A DNA stretch of 64,000 nt from Octopus vulgaris (taxonomy: Eukaryota), in contig OX597818.1 in NCBI GenBank assembly GCA_951406725.2, positions 110,050,001 to 110,114,000 on the forward strand, given 5' to 3'. A program made the translations under genes and the position numbers. This document shows positions 39,861-55,323 of the stretch, piece after piece; position 1 is the first letter of the stretch, and each line of letters starts with the position of its first letter. Below the pieces are notes generated by a model. The model did not search any database, was not told the origin of the DNA, and saw only the letters and a program-made list of their open reading frames with translations.

Positions 39861-41190
39861 TCCCCTTCTCTTCCTGTCTCTTTCCATCTTCTCTCTTTCG
39901 ATATCTATTTCTAACACCTCATCTCTCTCATTATATATCCTTTTATCTCCATCCACTTCTCGTTTCAGTATCTCTCATCCTATTCATCTCCAACCACTTT
40001 GCTCTCTTTCCATTCTCCTCTATTTGCTCTCAAACGTTTCTTTATTTGTTTCATCTTCACTTCACTTCCATTCATATATTTTTTCATTTGTTGTATTCTT
40101 TCGATTCCCATATTTCCTTCCGATCGTCTCCCTCTCTAACCCACTTCGTATATGTCTGAGTGGCTTTTATTTGAATCTCCGAGTTTGACAGGATTTAAAG
40201 TGTATAGTTAAACTTTTAATCTTTTCCCTGAATTAACCAACACGTTCGCCTCATTGCAACTTGGTCTACTTTACCCAAAGCAAACATTCCTACGATGTCA
40301 ATAATTACTTACTAAACGCACTTACTAAAATTGCCGACTTATTATAAATTACACGGCCAAATCAATTTTTATCACGCAGAAAACAACAAATACAATAAAC
40401 AAACCAAGTGCAAAAAATACTGATATAAAAAACATACATATTGACAAATCAACAAATTAATTAATCATTTTATTAACATGTTGAAATAGAGAATCAATCT
40501 CTTTAAACTGTGTAGATAGTATGAAAGAAGGAAAGGGCAACGCTTAATAATGTTTTAGACTCGCGATAAATTCCCTTGAACTCAATGTATGATTCAGGTC
40601 AAGATGGATTTAATTTGCCTTTACTAATTTAATCACTCTTAGACCGATGTATTTTTATTTTTATTCTCCAAACAGGGAGGATGATATTAATTTATATAAA
40701 TAGTTAATGTCAGTCTGATATTTTAAACCTTTTCCTCGACTGAGAGGAATCCTTTTAAAGTGGCGTATAACGGCTATGATATTAGATTTTAATATCAGAA
40801 ATGTAATATAAGGAGGCTTAATGTATGTAGCGTAAACTCGTGAAACCGAAGCCACATGTGATGGTCAGCAGGAGACTGAATAGAAAACTTCAATGAGTTC
40901 AATTATGGCGTGGAGTAAGAATCTTATCCTTTTGGATATTTACCCCTTCGTCTGAAAGAGTAACACAGGGAGAGAAAGATTGAAGGAGAGAGAGAGAGAG
41001 AGAAAGAGTCGAAGAGAGTGGGTGTATTGTCACAGGTCAATGAAAGAATTTAAACTGAAGAACCCACGTGACAATCACGTGGAGAGTGGAGGTGAAAGGC
41101 TGAGAAAAAGGAATGGGAAAATATCAGAACTCTGAGGTGTGAGGTAAACGAAGGGAGGTAAGTAAGGAGTTTGAAAAATAATTATAGAAA

Positions 41191-41367
41191 GGCGTAGGAG
41201 TGGCTGTGTGGTAAGTAGCTTGCTTACCAGCCACATGGTTCCGGGTTCAGCCCCACTGCATGGCACCTTGGGCAAGTGTCTTCTACTATAGCCTCGGGCC
41301 GACCAAAGACTTTTGAGTGGATTTGGTAGACAGAATCTGAAAGAAGCCCGTCGTATATATGTATTTG

Positions 41368-41412
<45 letters not shown>

Positions 41413-41613
41413 TTGTGTGTCTGTGTTTGTCGCCCCAACATCGCTTGACAACCGATGGTAGTGTGTTTACGTCACCGTAACTTAGCGGTTCGGCAAAAGA
41501 GACCGAAAGAATAAGCACTAAGTCCAGGAGTCGATTTGCTCGATAAAAGGCGGTGCTCCAGCATGGCCATAGTCACATGACTGAAACAAGTAAAAGAGTA
41601 AAAGAGTAAAGAG
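41191..41613 (+). mobile_element. SINE family A, full length
   Basis: tRNA-like head, ccttgggcaagt CORE-like block, internal TA/TG repeat, tail aagtaaaagagtaaaagagt. Confidence 0.92.
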
Positions 41614-41990
41614 TTAATGTCTCAAGAACAGCAAATTTCAGTAAAGAAATGAAGTATTAAAGTTTATTGATTTAGCAAGTCAGGATATAAAGATCATAGA
41701 AATATTGGAAATGTGTTGCAGATGTAATCAATAAATAAATTTAGGCATGTCGACATGATATAAGGATTAATAAGTCACAAAAGCCAATAACATACTTTAT
41801 GTTGGGTTGCCCCAAGGAAAATAACTAAGATTTCTGTCAGGGTTCATATCGGGGAATGTGAGAAATCGACCCGTTTCTCCATACATCCAATTTGACTTGT
41901 AAGTAAGTGATAGCAATTGTTGTTTAGCCCAAGGTCAGCACTTATACGGAATACGGTCTAGATTTGATCATACTGTCTTTTTAGACATTA

Positions 41991-42256
41991 TTTACATTTG
42001 ACAGATATTTGTCCTCATCTTGTTTGTTGTTAACACAACGTTTCGGCTGATATACCCTCCAGCCTTCATCAGGTGTCTTGGGGAAATTAGGAATGAGAAC
42101 CGAGGTTCGAAATTTCCCCAAGACACCTGATGAAGGCTGGAGGGTATATCAGCCGAAACGTTGTGTTAACAACAAACAAGATGAGGAACAAATATCCGTC
42201 AAATGTAAATAATGTAAATAATGTACATAATTCCTCATCTCTTAGATATAGAACTG
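41991..42256. mobile_element. palindromic Penelope-like pLTR-type element with two opposed minimal hammerheads and a 17-bp TSD
   Basis: ~103-bp inverted arms (41985-42088 / 42111-42214) with a 22-nt spacer and ~40-nt extension on the right. Flanking tgtctttttag(a/g)catta at 41974-41990 and 42257-42273. Confidence 0.8.
42121..42167 (+). ncRNA. minimal type I hammerhead ribozyme motif (mirror copy on - strand at ~42030-42078)
   Basis: gacac-CTGATGA-a-ggctg gagggtatat cagcc-GAAA-C-GTT^gtgtt. Stem I gacac/gtgtt, stem II ggctg/cagcc, loopless palindromic stem III aacgtt. Confidence 0.75.
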
Positions 42257-42379
42257 TGTCTTTTTAGGCATTACTAAGTTTATTATCTTTGTTCTTTCAT
42301 TTTTAAGATGTTTGATTTTTCCTTTTCAAAAGGCTAAGTTACTACAGCTCGGTCCAAGACGGTCCTCAACATATAAAAT

Positions 42380-43200
42380 AATTAAGAGCTTGGCCAAGTC
42401 TGCATTCTCTGTCTGCATCAGGTTTGCAAGGTTTATAAATTTTCGTCTACAAAGCCAACATACATAAAGAGAAAGAAGTTACGAAAATGGATCCATTCCT
42501 TTGCAACAATATTGATGGGAGATTCAAAGTGTTTCGGTCATGTGCCTTCACCGCGTTGTGCGAGCGATGTGATAAAAATTTGCCACTATGGATAGCGATG
42601 AAGGTGTACGGGTAGCAATATTTTTCTGCCTGAGAGAGTTTTTTTTCTCATTTTAGCTTCTAAAGATTTGCATACCAAATGGTGGTCCATAGATACCTAG
42701 CTCCATATTAACGATGGTAGTTCCTAACTGAGGACAACACTGTACCCTGCGCCATGCCACATATATAAAGAGGAATCGTATATTTGGTCATGTCGCTTTT
42801 TCTTAACTGTCAGGTCTGTTTCTCTGCTGTAGTCATTGTATAGATACGCCCTCCACCTCTAATCAACCTTAATCTATTTGACCAAACATCAGAACTGTTT
42901 CAGCCATTACATTTATATATCTTTATCGATATATAAGGCTCTATTATTTTTAAGAACCGGTTCACTCTGTCAGTTTGTTTGTCATTTCTGATGGTGACCA
43001 TACCCCAGGCGAGGCAGGACAGATGGACAACGGCTTGTAAATGAAAGTTAGCCTTCTTCTGTACTTATCATTGACCAGAAACTAGAGAAACTCCAGCCGA
43101 TGGGGGCAGCGGGTAATCCTCACATTGGCTCAACAAAATAAAATTACCATACATTCGCCATGTAGTTACTTCAGTGTTATAGATAAGGTGGATTAGGTTA
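42380..43200 (-). mobile_element. possible highly decayed LINE reverse-transcriptase fossil
   Basis: 42723-42758 minus reads GMAQGTVLSSVR, resembling the GVPQGSVLGP RT motif. Little else is recognisable and the boundaries are approximate. Confidence 0.3.
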
Positions 43201-43647
43201 GATTAGGTCTTTGTACTCTTTCATTTTGGTGAGTTTGTATTGTGGTAGAGCGAGAGTATGTTACTTGAAGTGACCAGTAAGACATCGTTGAATATTTCTT
43301 AATTAAAGAAGTTAGATAAGAAGAGTTTCTTTCACAGTATTCGGGCGAGTTTTCTTTAGATTTTCAAATAATACGATCAAATTAATGATTGATGTAGAGC
43401 TAAACAAATACAAACTTACTTTCAAATAGAAAAAGGTGACATAGATGTGAAGAACATAATCGGGGGGATATCGATGATAAATAATGATAGAGACATGTGA
43501 GTTATTTGCATTTGAAGCCATCTTTAGAAGAGAATTAAGATGGAAGCGGAGGAGTAAAAAGAGAAAACGTTTCATATATTTAACAATTTTAAAGTTTCCA
43601 TTAACACCCGCTTTTTGCGACCGAAAATCGATAATGTTTCTACTTAC

Positions 43648-43703
43648 TTGTAAACTTTACAGTCAACAGTCACCAAGAATTTATTGACATTCCCAAACAA
43701 TTT
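43648..43703 (-). other. candidate 56-nt exon (5' UTR or coding KLFGNVNKFLVTVDCKVY) of the minus-strand gene
   Basis: Strong acceptor ttttctctttattttgcag and consensus donor aa|gtaagt; phase does not directly match the 28969 exon. Confidence 0.3.
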
Positions 43704-43899
43704 CTGCAAAATAAAGAGAAAAAACGAAAAATATAGTCACAGTTGAGAAATAATTATCTAAACATTTTCAGAAATCAAATTACAATATTCCTGCTACGCA
43801 TATACATACATACATACACACACACTCACACACACACACATATATGTATATATGTATATATAAATAAATTTATAAATATATACATATATATATACATAC

Positions 43900-43912
43900 A
43901 TTCATGCATATA

Positions 43913-44001
<89 letters not shown>

Positions 44002-44056
44002 CGTATATATATACATATATATAAATATACGTATATATATACATATATATATATAC

Positions 44057-44144
<88 letters not shown>

Positions 44145-44211
44145 GTATATACTATATATATATATATATATATATACGTATATACGTATATATATATATA
44201 TATATATATAC

Positions 44212-44253
<42 letters not shown>

Positions 44254-44267
44254 GTATATATATATAC

Positions 44268-44315
<48 letters not shown>

Positions 44316-44316
44316 C

Positions 44317-44410
<94 letters not shown>
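43900..44410. repeat. ~500-bp (TA)n array with recurrent TACG interruptions
   Basis: Directly visible. Confidence 0.95.
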
Positions 44411-44412
<2 letters not shown>

Positions 44413-44512
44413 GGAGTAAACACATAAATGTGAAATATATATATATATATATTTATATGCATGTATGTGAGTGTGCGCACTTGCTGTGTGTGTTTATATG
44501 TATGTATGCAAC

Positions 44513-44544
<32 letters not shown>

Positions 44545-44579
44545 ATGTATATTTGTATCTATGCATGTACGCAAGTATG

Positions 44580-44628
<49 letters not shown>

Positions 44629-45001
44629 ATGCATGCATGTAGGTATGTACATATGTAAGTTTGTGTGCGTGTGTGTATTGTGTGTACCTAACTGTAGCAT
44701 GACAGTAGTAAGACCAGCTGATAGAACAGTCGGTAATAAAGCGGAAGAGAAATTTATCTTGATATGTCCTCAACTAAAGGCAACTATCATTTATGCATAT
44801 TGGACTTTTCATTCGAGATATCTCAAGTTCCATTCCACTTAACACGTAGATGTTGTCATAAGCAAAACGAAATTTCTCTTTTAAAAATTTTTATTAAACA
44901 AATTTGTGATAAACGACCTCGTTTTTAGATGAATTTAGCGCTGTCATCTGAAGTATATGCCGGCTTGATATCTATCCTTGTATCCCTCTGTTCATCCATC
45001 C

Positions 45002-45073
<72 letters not shown>

Positions 45074-45098
45074 GCCTGTCTGTCTATCTATCTATCTA

Positions 45099-45145
<47 letters not shown>

Positions 45146-45259
45146 CACATACATTGTGTGTGTGCATGTTAGATTTGTGGATCTGGAAGAGTGGAGTCTA
45201 GGAGACTACAACTCTATCCAATAATGCACTATACATAAATACATACATACATACGTACT

Positions 45260-45318
<59 letters not shown>

Positions 45319-45335
45319 ATACATATATATATATA

Positions 45336-45528
45336 TGTTTCTTTACTACCCACAAGGGGCTAAACATAGAGGGGACAAACAAGAACAGACAAACGAATTT
45401 AAGTCGATTATATCGACCCCAGTGCGTAACTGGTACTTAATTTATCGACCCCGAAAGGATGAAAGGCAAAGTCGACCTCAGCGGAATTTGAACTCGGAAC
45501 GTAACGGTAGACGAAATACGGCTACGCA
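45336..45528 (-). mobile_element. SINE family B, 5'-truncated
   Basis: Reverse complement of 25260-25450. Confidence 0.9.
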
Positions 45529-46077
45529 TATATATATATATACACACATTGTTGTATTTCAGGATAGCCATTTTCTTTTGCCAAAGAAACACACGCACTA
45601 AATATTTCTTCTTCACTCATTTATTCCTGTTCATTCGTCACACGTCTGTGACCTCTTCAGTGACACTTTTCGTTTCTGTGTGTATTCTTCTACGTGTGTG
45701 TGTTCGCCCACGGTGTTGCTATTGTGGTAGTTCTTGTTGTTGCCATTGTTGTCATCGCCGTTGCTGCTGTCATCGTTAATCGTGTTATTGACACTGTTAT
45801 GGCCGTTCCGGGAAATTTCTTGTGTGAGTGTATTATGTGCGCGCGTGTGTGTGGGTGTATATGCGTTCGCTTCGGTGCGGCAGAAGTATCGCCATTTTGT
45901 ATTCCAGTTTTATAGCTTCCAATTGAGTTTCTTTTTCATTTCCTGAAACTTCTACAATTTTTCCTATTAGTTTATCATTCGTTTCTTTAAGTAATGTGCT
46001 CAATAAAAAAATCACTTAATAAACATTTATACACTATAAAAGTTATTAAATGAAAATAGGTCGTTGCTTCTTCCGCA

Positions 46078-46501
<424 letters not shown>

Positions 46502-47119
46502 TTATTTATTTCTAAAAGCATGTATGTATGTATGTATGTATGTCACGTATCTCTTTCCGGAACTCTGATATATTTATATGTTTATGTATATTTGTATGTA
46601 CGTATGTATGAATGTATGTATGTAGGGAAAAGTACCCTGCTGAGTTGCCTTCTAGATATCAGTGCGTATGAAAATAATATGTAAATATAAATGTTGAAAC
46701 GTTACCGGGCTTGGAATGTGTCATGTGAGCCAAGATAAACTTTATCACGACTGCAAACGGAAAGGAACAAAAACTAGCAAATATTTGAATATAAAATGTA
46801 CTTCCCTGATGTGGTAGAATCCACTTAACATATAATAAGTAATGTCGGTTGTGTAAATTCATCGGACAACAGATACCAAAAAGAAAAACAAAATGGACTC
46901 TTCAGAATTTTCACAACTATATTTGATGTATTTAAACATATAACAGTGCTTAAGCATACAAAAACAGCGATACATGTATGTATGTTGGTTTCTTGCTTTT
47001 ACGCTAGAGTGTGTAAACTAGAAACGTCCATATTTGATTAAGCCAAAAATGGCGAAGTCTCTTTATAGAGCAAATTTTGTAACGTAATATTTTATGTATT
47101 ACACAAACATGCACTTACG

Positions 47120-47187
<68 letters not shown>

Positions 47188-47590
47188 TACAAACACACAC
47201 ACGCACACCAATACATATACAAAATATATATTTGCATATATGTATATATATTTACATAAGTAAGCTATATATATATATATATATATGTACACAAATTGTA
47301 TATATGCATATTGTATATATGCATATTGTATATATGCATATTGTATATATGCATATTGCATATTGTCTGCTAAAAATATATGTGCGTAAAGCTGATTATA
47401 TTTATTTTATTAGAATTATTTTTTTCTTCTGAGCATGGAAGGAGAAAACAAGAAAATATGCCTTCTTGCTAGTTGGCAACGTTGAATTATATTTAAACTA
47501 CAACTATGTTTCGACTACAAATTACAACAACAGCAACGACAACAACTAGTAGTAGTAGTAGTAGTAGCAGCAGCAGCAGTAGCAGTAGTG

Positions 47591-47641
<51 letters not shown>

Positions 47642-47915
47642 ACACTAAACGAATACTTTGGAGAAAAGAAATCTATGTGTATCTTGAGCAATTTCTTAGT
47701 CGAAAGAGAAGGCACTTAAAATTATCAAGTCGACCATACTTACTATGGAGGCATTACTTAGAAAAATCTGAAAGCCTGCTGCTACTAATCATTAATTATT
47801 TTTCAGCAGATATGTGAATTTATGTTTGTTCTGTAATATTTTTCTCATCGATTTTTAAATTAACAACAACAACAACAACAACAACAATAATAATAATGAT
47901 AATAATAATAATAAT

Positions 47916-48478
47916 AAATGCCCTGATGCTGTATCAGGCAGTGGCCCTCATGGCTTCTGGTCTTAACTGACTGGAAGTGTTATCATGTACATTGTTTTGT
48001 CTTGATATAAAAGATGGGCTACAGCAAATATTCTGCTCAATACCACAGATTTGCTTGTCAGTTGTTTGACCATAACCAGTTGAGCATGTCCCTTAGTGGC
48101 TGACGATATGTGCATCTCTGATCACAAGCAGAAGTAGTGGGGAAGTATCATAGCCGTTTGCTGAGAGGAATTCTTTGGGGTTTGAATAATTCACCGCTGG
48201 AAACATAGGTGTTTCGTTCAACATCCTTAAGCAACCCTTATTCAGGGACCTTTTGAGCGGGATGGTTACTCGACCTGAAGAAAATTCTAACTGGGCCCCA
48301 CCTGCAAGGTCATGTGCTGTTTATCTCGATATGAGATCGATCACCATGTTGTGCACATATGGTTGTGATGCATGTTCCTGGTGTACCCTTATCAGACGGG
48401 TAGTCGTGATGGGTATACTGGGCTTCGTATAATTGTGCCTCAGTGTCACTTTGATGGCATGCGCTGCTTTCTCACACA
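47916..48478 (+). mobile_element. ~555-bp non-coding element embedded in (AAT)n, copy 3
   Basis: Reverse complement of 10839-11397; AAT repeats on both flanks. Confidence 0.85.
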
Positions 48479-48496
48479 ATGATAATAATAATAATG

Positions 48497-48567
<71 letters not shown>

Positions 48568-49308
48568 CCTTTATTAGACACAAGGGCCGACAAAAATAAG
48601 ATTGGACATTACAAAACATGAAGTACAAAGAGGGGTTACATAAAGTGTCGTGGGAAAAGTCAATAACAATGAAAGCTATAACAAAGAAAATGTCTAAAGA
48701 TGGCAAACAAGACTGGGCTACTGATGGAGACTCCACGAGTCAAGGTTTGAATTTAAAATTTGACTCGGCAACACTGAATATAAATTCCCTACTGGGAATG
48801 ACCAAGTTTAAAAATCTGCAGGATCTCACTCATAAAGGAATCTTACATTGCTTAGAAACTCTATATTTGGAAGGACCCATTTTAAACTCTGTTGGACTGT
48901 TGGATTTTACTCAAAGGATATTGGAATATTACATATATACCATTATGCCTATAAAACGGATTTACAAACTCAATGCCCATACATATCGTGCATCTATTTT
49001 CTTTCCTCCACCTCACTCTCTATTTTGTATCACATCGAAACTAATTATGACTTAACTTTTCCTCTCACACCGTCTCCGATGAAGGGATATTGTTAATTAA
49101 TATCTATAAATGATCTAATATCTACACAGCCTTGGTTTTTTGTTATCTTATTACGCAAAAAATACTTATATACACACGCTGACATAAAACCAACGTTGAA
49201 CCGTTTATTCGTAAAATTACCGAATCTGGAACTTAACTATGGTCTGTCTATAGCACTTATTCAGCATTACCTGACACCATTGGGTCTCAATGACACCATT
49301 ATCTCGCA

Positions 49309-49384
<76 letters not shown>

Positions 49385-49570
49385 CATATGCTTGTGCGTC
49401 TGTGTTTGTCCCCCCACTATCGCTTGACAACCGATGTTTGGAAGTTTACGTTCTGTACCTTAGCCGTTCGCCATTAGAGACCGAATAGAATAAGTACTAG
49501 GCTTACAAAAAAAAAAAAAGTTTTGGGTCGATTTGTTTAAATGACTGAAACAAGTAAAAGAATAAAAGAC
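49385..49570 (+). mobile_element. SINE family A, 3' part
   Basis: tatcgcttgacaaccgatg...gactgaaacaagtaaaagaataaaaga. Confidence 0.8.
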
Positions 49571-50195
49571 TAGCAGTAGAGAAGAGACTCAGAAAAGTTA
49601 GTTTATGAAGTCGGGAAATGCAACGGTTTAAACTCTGACAATGAAAAGTGACAACCGACCCATTGAGTAATCAACACTTTAGACAAACATTTCATTGTGT
49701 TGTTCGACGATAAAACAGAGAAGTGGTATTGAACCAGTGCGTGTGTTTATTCATATTTTTATTAGAGTAATGACCCTCTCAACGTGCAGTAAGATTTGTT
49801 TCAACACACGAATTTCACATCATGAATCTTGAAAACCAAAAAGAAAAGAAAAACGAAGCAGAAAAAGATTTAAATGCAATATAGAAAGGAAGTTGTAACT
49901 GATAATTTCATTAATTCTTTCAACAGAATTTTTACGTAGAAGTTCGACTGAGTAACGTGAGAAGAATAATGATGAAGAACTTGTTTAACATTTTCACTTT
50001 TCTATTCTTTCCGCTTTTCTTTTATTTTCCTTTTTGTTTTTCGTAGTTTTAGGTTTCGTTTTGTTTTCTTATTTGTTGCGAAATTTTCAGAAAATTGTCT
50101 TAATTGAAAATACTGCTGCTGCTACTACTACTACTACCACCACCACCACCAACACCACCACCACCACCACCACAACCACTACTACTACTACTACA

Positions 50196-50254
<59 letters not shown>

Positions 50255-50594
50255 CAATAATAATAATAACAACAACACGTACTGGATCTATTTTATGATT
50301 ATATATTCCTCTCTCATAATCTCTAGACAAACATATGTGGAAATTTAAATGCCTATGTACATGTATGTACATATACATATATATATATACACACATTTAT
50401 GTATATACATTTATGTATATACATTTATGTATGTATAGATAGATAAATAGTTAGATAAATAATTAAATAAATAATTGGATAGATAGATATAGATAGATAG
50501 ATAGATAGGTAGGTAGATAGATAGATGGATAGATAGATAGATGGGTGGATGGATAGATCGATGGATAGATGAGAGATGATAGATAGATGATAGA

Positions 50595-50712
<118 letters not shown>

Positions 50713-51113
50713 CTGGATGGATGGATGAATGGATTATTTGATAGAAACATACACAGTTGCGTGCATGCATACATACATACATACATACATATGCATGTAT
50801 GTATGTATGTATGTATGTATGTATGTATGTATGTATGTATGTATGTATGTATAAACGTTTATGCACACTCATACATGTGTACATATGCTTATGTATATAT
50901 TGAAATATAATTATCTCCCTTCTCCACACTCTTCTATTCAACTTCATGTATCTTGATGGCGCACTTTGATACTCTCTATCGTCATCACTATATATATGCG
51001 TGTGTGTGTTTGTTTCCAGCTCCACTCCAAATACTGCCACACACCTTTATAATAAGAATTAACTAAGTATGTCTCATGTCTACAACAAGAAACCTGCTTC
51101 CTGCCCCTTCTTT

Positions 51114-51189
<76 letters not shown>

Positions 51190-51213
51190 ACACACACGCA
51201 CGCACATATATAT

Positions 51214-51405
51214 AGTTGAAATTTACAACAAAAGAAAATACAAAGACAGGTGTATAAACAACAAACAGGTGTATTTGACGCTCGGCAAACAGAAAGTCTT
51301 TTACGTTTCGAGCCCATGCTCTTCAACAGAAAGGAACACGAGTAAATAAACGGAGAGAGAATAATAAACAAAATATAGCGATCAATCATGATTTTGTGAT
51401 CAATC
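51214..51405 (-). mobile_element. short repeat with hammerhead-like core (CTGTTGA variant) at 51297-51333
   Basis: ttt-CTGTTGA-a-gagc atgg gctc-GAAA-C-GTA^aaag; same architecture as 55423-55458. Confidence 0.6.
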
Positions 51406-52404
51406 ACACACATACACACACATACACACACAGGAATGCAGTGTAAATAACGGACAGAATCAAGACTATTGAAAAGATTGCAAGACGTAACGAAAATTTT
51501 AGGAAAATACAAATAAGAAAAAAGTGGAAATTTTAACGGTGAGTGTGTTACATTATAAGGCAAAAAAAGAAAATGACTCTCCCCAGACACAACAAAATAT
51601 GCTTCAACACACAAACTCATATGAAGAATCTTGCAAACCAAATCCAAAAACGAAATATATTTTTATTGTATTAATTTTTTAAAGTTAGATATCATAAATA
51701 GCCAGCAAGCTTATTGGAAGTTAATAGCGACACAAGACCAGCATTAATACCACAAGGTAATCTTTAAATCCAGCTGAAAGCAGATGTTTTATAAGAAGTC
51801 TTAAGAGTTCGTCTCATATAGGTACCTGGTACTCAGAAAAAAAAAAGAAGTTTTCATTCTGCATGTAAATTTCTCTGCCAGTTGTAAGTTAAACACAGAT
51901 CATTTTGATAAGAATTCATCTCCATCTCATAATATGTTCAGAAGCTACAGGAAGTAAAATTTGTGGCAACAAATGCTTAGATCACACGTATTAGGTGAGC
52001 AGTAATAAAAACAAAAGAAACAGCAGAAAATTTCGCACTTAATTGCTTTTATATCTTGGTTTAGTTTGCAAACTGGAGGAATTTGTTAGCTCGACGTATA
52101 TGAATATATTTTCTATATCTATAAAACTTAAGGTATGAAATGCATATTAAATCTAACTCAGCAACCGGATATTCATTTGTATAGAGAATAAATAGCCGCA
52201 AACAGTATGATATAGGATATTTGGAATATTGTCAATAACCACATCAACAGCATCGAGAATATTTATCTGAAGGGGGAAACAATGTGGAAATAACCAAAAC
52301 ACGCCAATTATTGGAATACTTGAAACTTCTTCCTTGTAAAGAGATTGGCAACAATTGCAGAGAAGAGACAAACTATACGACCAAAAGACATAACACGCAT
52401 TGGT

Positions 52405-52618
52405 TTAAAATCTTGGCATAAGGCTTGAAATTTTCTGGAGAATGGCGCTAGTCGATTACATCTACTCTAGTGATCGACTGGTATTTATTTTGTAGACCCT
52501 GAAAGGATGAAAGGCAAAGTCGACCTCGGCGGAATTTGAACTCAGAACGCAAAGCCAGACGAGATACTGATAAGCATTTCGCCCGATGTACTAACGTTTC
52601 AGCCAGCTCGACGCCTTA
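52405..52618 (-). mobile_element. SINE family B, diverged
   Basis: gaaaggatgaaaggcaaagtcgacctcggcggaatttgaactcagaacg. Confidence 0.85.
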
Positions 52619-53443
52619 AAAAGAAAAAGGAAACAAAATACAGAAGATATTGAGATGTAGGATATGTGATTCACTTCTAGAATGCCGTCCTATCACTGGG
52701 TGTAGTTAAGAAGGATGCATTTAGGAATAAAAGGATCTCGGCAGGGGTTGAATTAAAACGAGGCTGATAAGTTGAATTAAGCGTCATTATTGAAATTTCT
52801 CAGCAATTTGTTTTCCCATGAGCTTGCTATCAGAAAAAGGTTACAAGCGATCGGGGAATGTTACGATTAGCAATTTAGTTAAGCGAAAATGCATCACACA
52901 CATCCATTTTATCGAGTGAAACCGCAGCAATTCTTAGTAAGTAGTTTACTGCGAGTCGAAGAAACACTTGATATTGTATTATTTATTATTCATTCTGTAA
53001 ATTGGATAATGACAGCGACATAGGTGAGATAATCGGATGAACTACTAATAAAGTAATGCATATTTTAAAAGATATGCCTGCTTCACCATAGCGAGGTGAA
53101 GAGATTGATATTCAATATAACACGCACACACACACATTCACTCACTCACACGCACACACACACACACACAGACGACAAGCAGTAACTTGTCGGTAACAAA
53201 ATTCCACTTATGTACACACTTGTTTATGTGTAACTCTGTGTGTGTGTGTGTAAAAGACATCATTGACATGAGTGTCTTGTAGCCAACACGTGCTATTACT
53301 ACCTGTCCTCTACTTGTGTCTAGTATACTAAATACCAATCTCGTTTTTCATCCTCGCCATCCTACATACGGCAACCAAATGACTGTTCCCTTTGAAGTTC
53401 ATATCAAACGATGCGATTGGCCACTAACATGTAATTGTATACA

Positions 53444-54310
53444 CAGACTGCGATGGGTAAATTGTCGCCATTTTATATTTCTAATTTCGCGTATGCGCAT
53501 TGTTTTTGCTTTTGTCGACTACACAGTGTAGTAGGGTCAGTTGGACGCCGTCTGTGAGAAAAACGGCGCCATGACGCAATTTACTCTCCCAGCAGTTTGT
53601 GACATGCTGTACTGCTCGGCATTCGCACCGGAAGCTCCAATACGAACATTTGGGAGTCAATCTGAAGACATATTGTCCCCAAAACATGTACCGAGAGTGA
53701 TTAAAATCAAACATCCAGTCAACGTCTTGGCGTTTGGAGTGATCACTAGTGATGGCCACGTTATGCCACCATTCACATTCCCATACGGCGTCACTCTACA
53801 TGGAGGCCTACATCAAGTGCCTGGAGGAGGTAATGCTGTCCTGGGTCAAGAGGGGGGCTGCTGGAAGACCTTATAACTAGCAACAGGATTTTGCACTATG
53901 CCACACATGCAGGAGAACCTAGTCATCACGGTCGCATAATTTCTGCGACACATCACCCCAAATATCTGGCCACCTAACTCCACAGACTGCAACCCCTTAG
54001 ATTATTATGTGTGGGGCGCAGTTGTGTGAGAGACCAACAAAAATTCCTTGTAACACCAAAGATGAACTGAAGGCAAGGATTATGGCTGTATTCACCAACT
54101 TAAACAAAAAGACCGCCCAGAAGAGTTGCAGGAGATGCCGAAGTCGTCTGGAGGCCATGATTGAAGCCAATGGCGATTTCATTGCATAAATTTTCTCTTT
54201 AGTATTTCAAGATATTTTTATGTAATTTTGGTAAATATTTCTATTAAAATGAGACGACAGTGTTATTTTCATTTATATGTAATTTAGACGACAGTTTATT
54301 CACCACACAC
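53444..54310 (+). mobile_element. internally deleted Tc1/mariner-superfamily transposon (maT/DD37D-like)
   Basis: KHPVNVLAFGVITSDGHVMPPF, QQD..CH, WPPNSTDCNPLDYYVWG, RSRLEAMIEANGDFI*. Decayed TIRs taaattgtcgcc / gacgacagttta. Confidence 0.85.
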
Positions 54311-54394
54311 GAGGAAGCACATAAATGCAAAACAAGGTCGAACAAAATAGCACCCGAATTCTAAACGTAGAGTAATATGCTTTTTTTATATTAC

Positions 54395-54655
54395 TCGTGG
54401 TTGGGTTGTTGCACTTACGATCGCAAGATTGTTGGTTCGATTCCCTGACTGGGCAGTGCATTCTGTTCTTGAGCAAAACACTTCCTTTTATGTTGGTCAG
54501 GTCCCGCTTTCGATTGTGTGTGTGTGGGAGGGGGGATGTTGGCCTGCTCGCCTTGAAAGCGGGGCGGCGTCACTTGAAGGCTAAAACATAGCAAACTCTC
54601 ATTGTGACCAGCGATGTGTAACAACATCTGGTAACCTGGTGGGTCACGTGATCAC
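54395..54655 (+). mobile_element. SINE family E
   Basis: ggttcgattccc...ttcttgagcaaaacactt...attgtgaccagcgatgtg...cacgtgatc. Confidence 0.7.
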
Positions 54656-54867
54656 AAGCCTAGTGAGTGGATTTGATAGATGGAGAATGAAAGAAGCATA
54701 GTTGTATTTACATAGATAGTTAATGCTTTTTGTAATGCACTCGCACGCGCGTGCAAACACCTCACACTCACATCCACATATAAATGCTTGTTCACATTCG
54801 CATCTATGTGATGGAACAGAATATAGAATACTCGTCTCTTCTACCCCACCCCTTTCTCTCTAAATCA

Positions 54868-55021
54868 GGTGTGGGTGTGTGGTGAGAAGCTTACCTCCCA
54901 ACCACATGGTTCCGAGTTCAGTCCACTGCGTGGCACCTTAAGCAAGTGCCTTCTATTTTAGCCTCGTGCCGACCAAAGCCTTGTGAGTGGATTTGGTAGA
55001 CGGAAACTGAAAGAAGCCTAT

Positions 55022-55118
<97 letters not shown>

Positions 55119-55323
55119 TTGTGTGTCTGTGTTTCTCCCCCACCATCGCTTGACAACCGATGTTGGTATTTTTAAATCCCCGTAACCTAGTGGTTCGGCA
55201 AAAAAGAACGATAGTATAAGTACTAGGCTTACAAAGATTAAGTCCTGCGGTCGATTAGTTCGATTAGAGGCCATGCCCCAGCATGGCCGCAGTCAAATGA
55301 CTGAAACAAATAAAAGAATAAAA

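Noticed and set aside
48618-49055. 145-aa ORF
   Set aside because: No recognisable domain; it follows an AAT tract and is probably decayed repeat sequence.
46800-49100. Further CTGATG-like motifs (about 46806, 48721, 49077; also 7884 and 38205)
   Set aside because: GAAA, NUH or the stems are missing; too degenerate to call as hammerheads.
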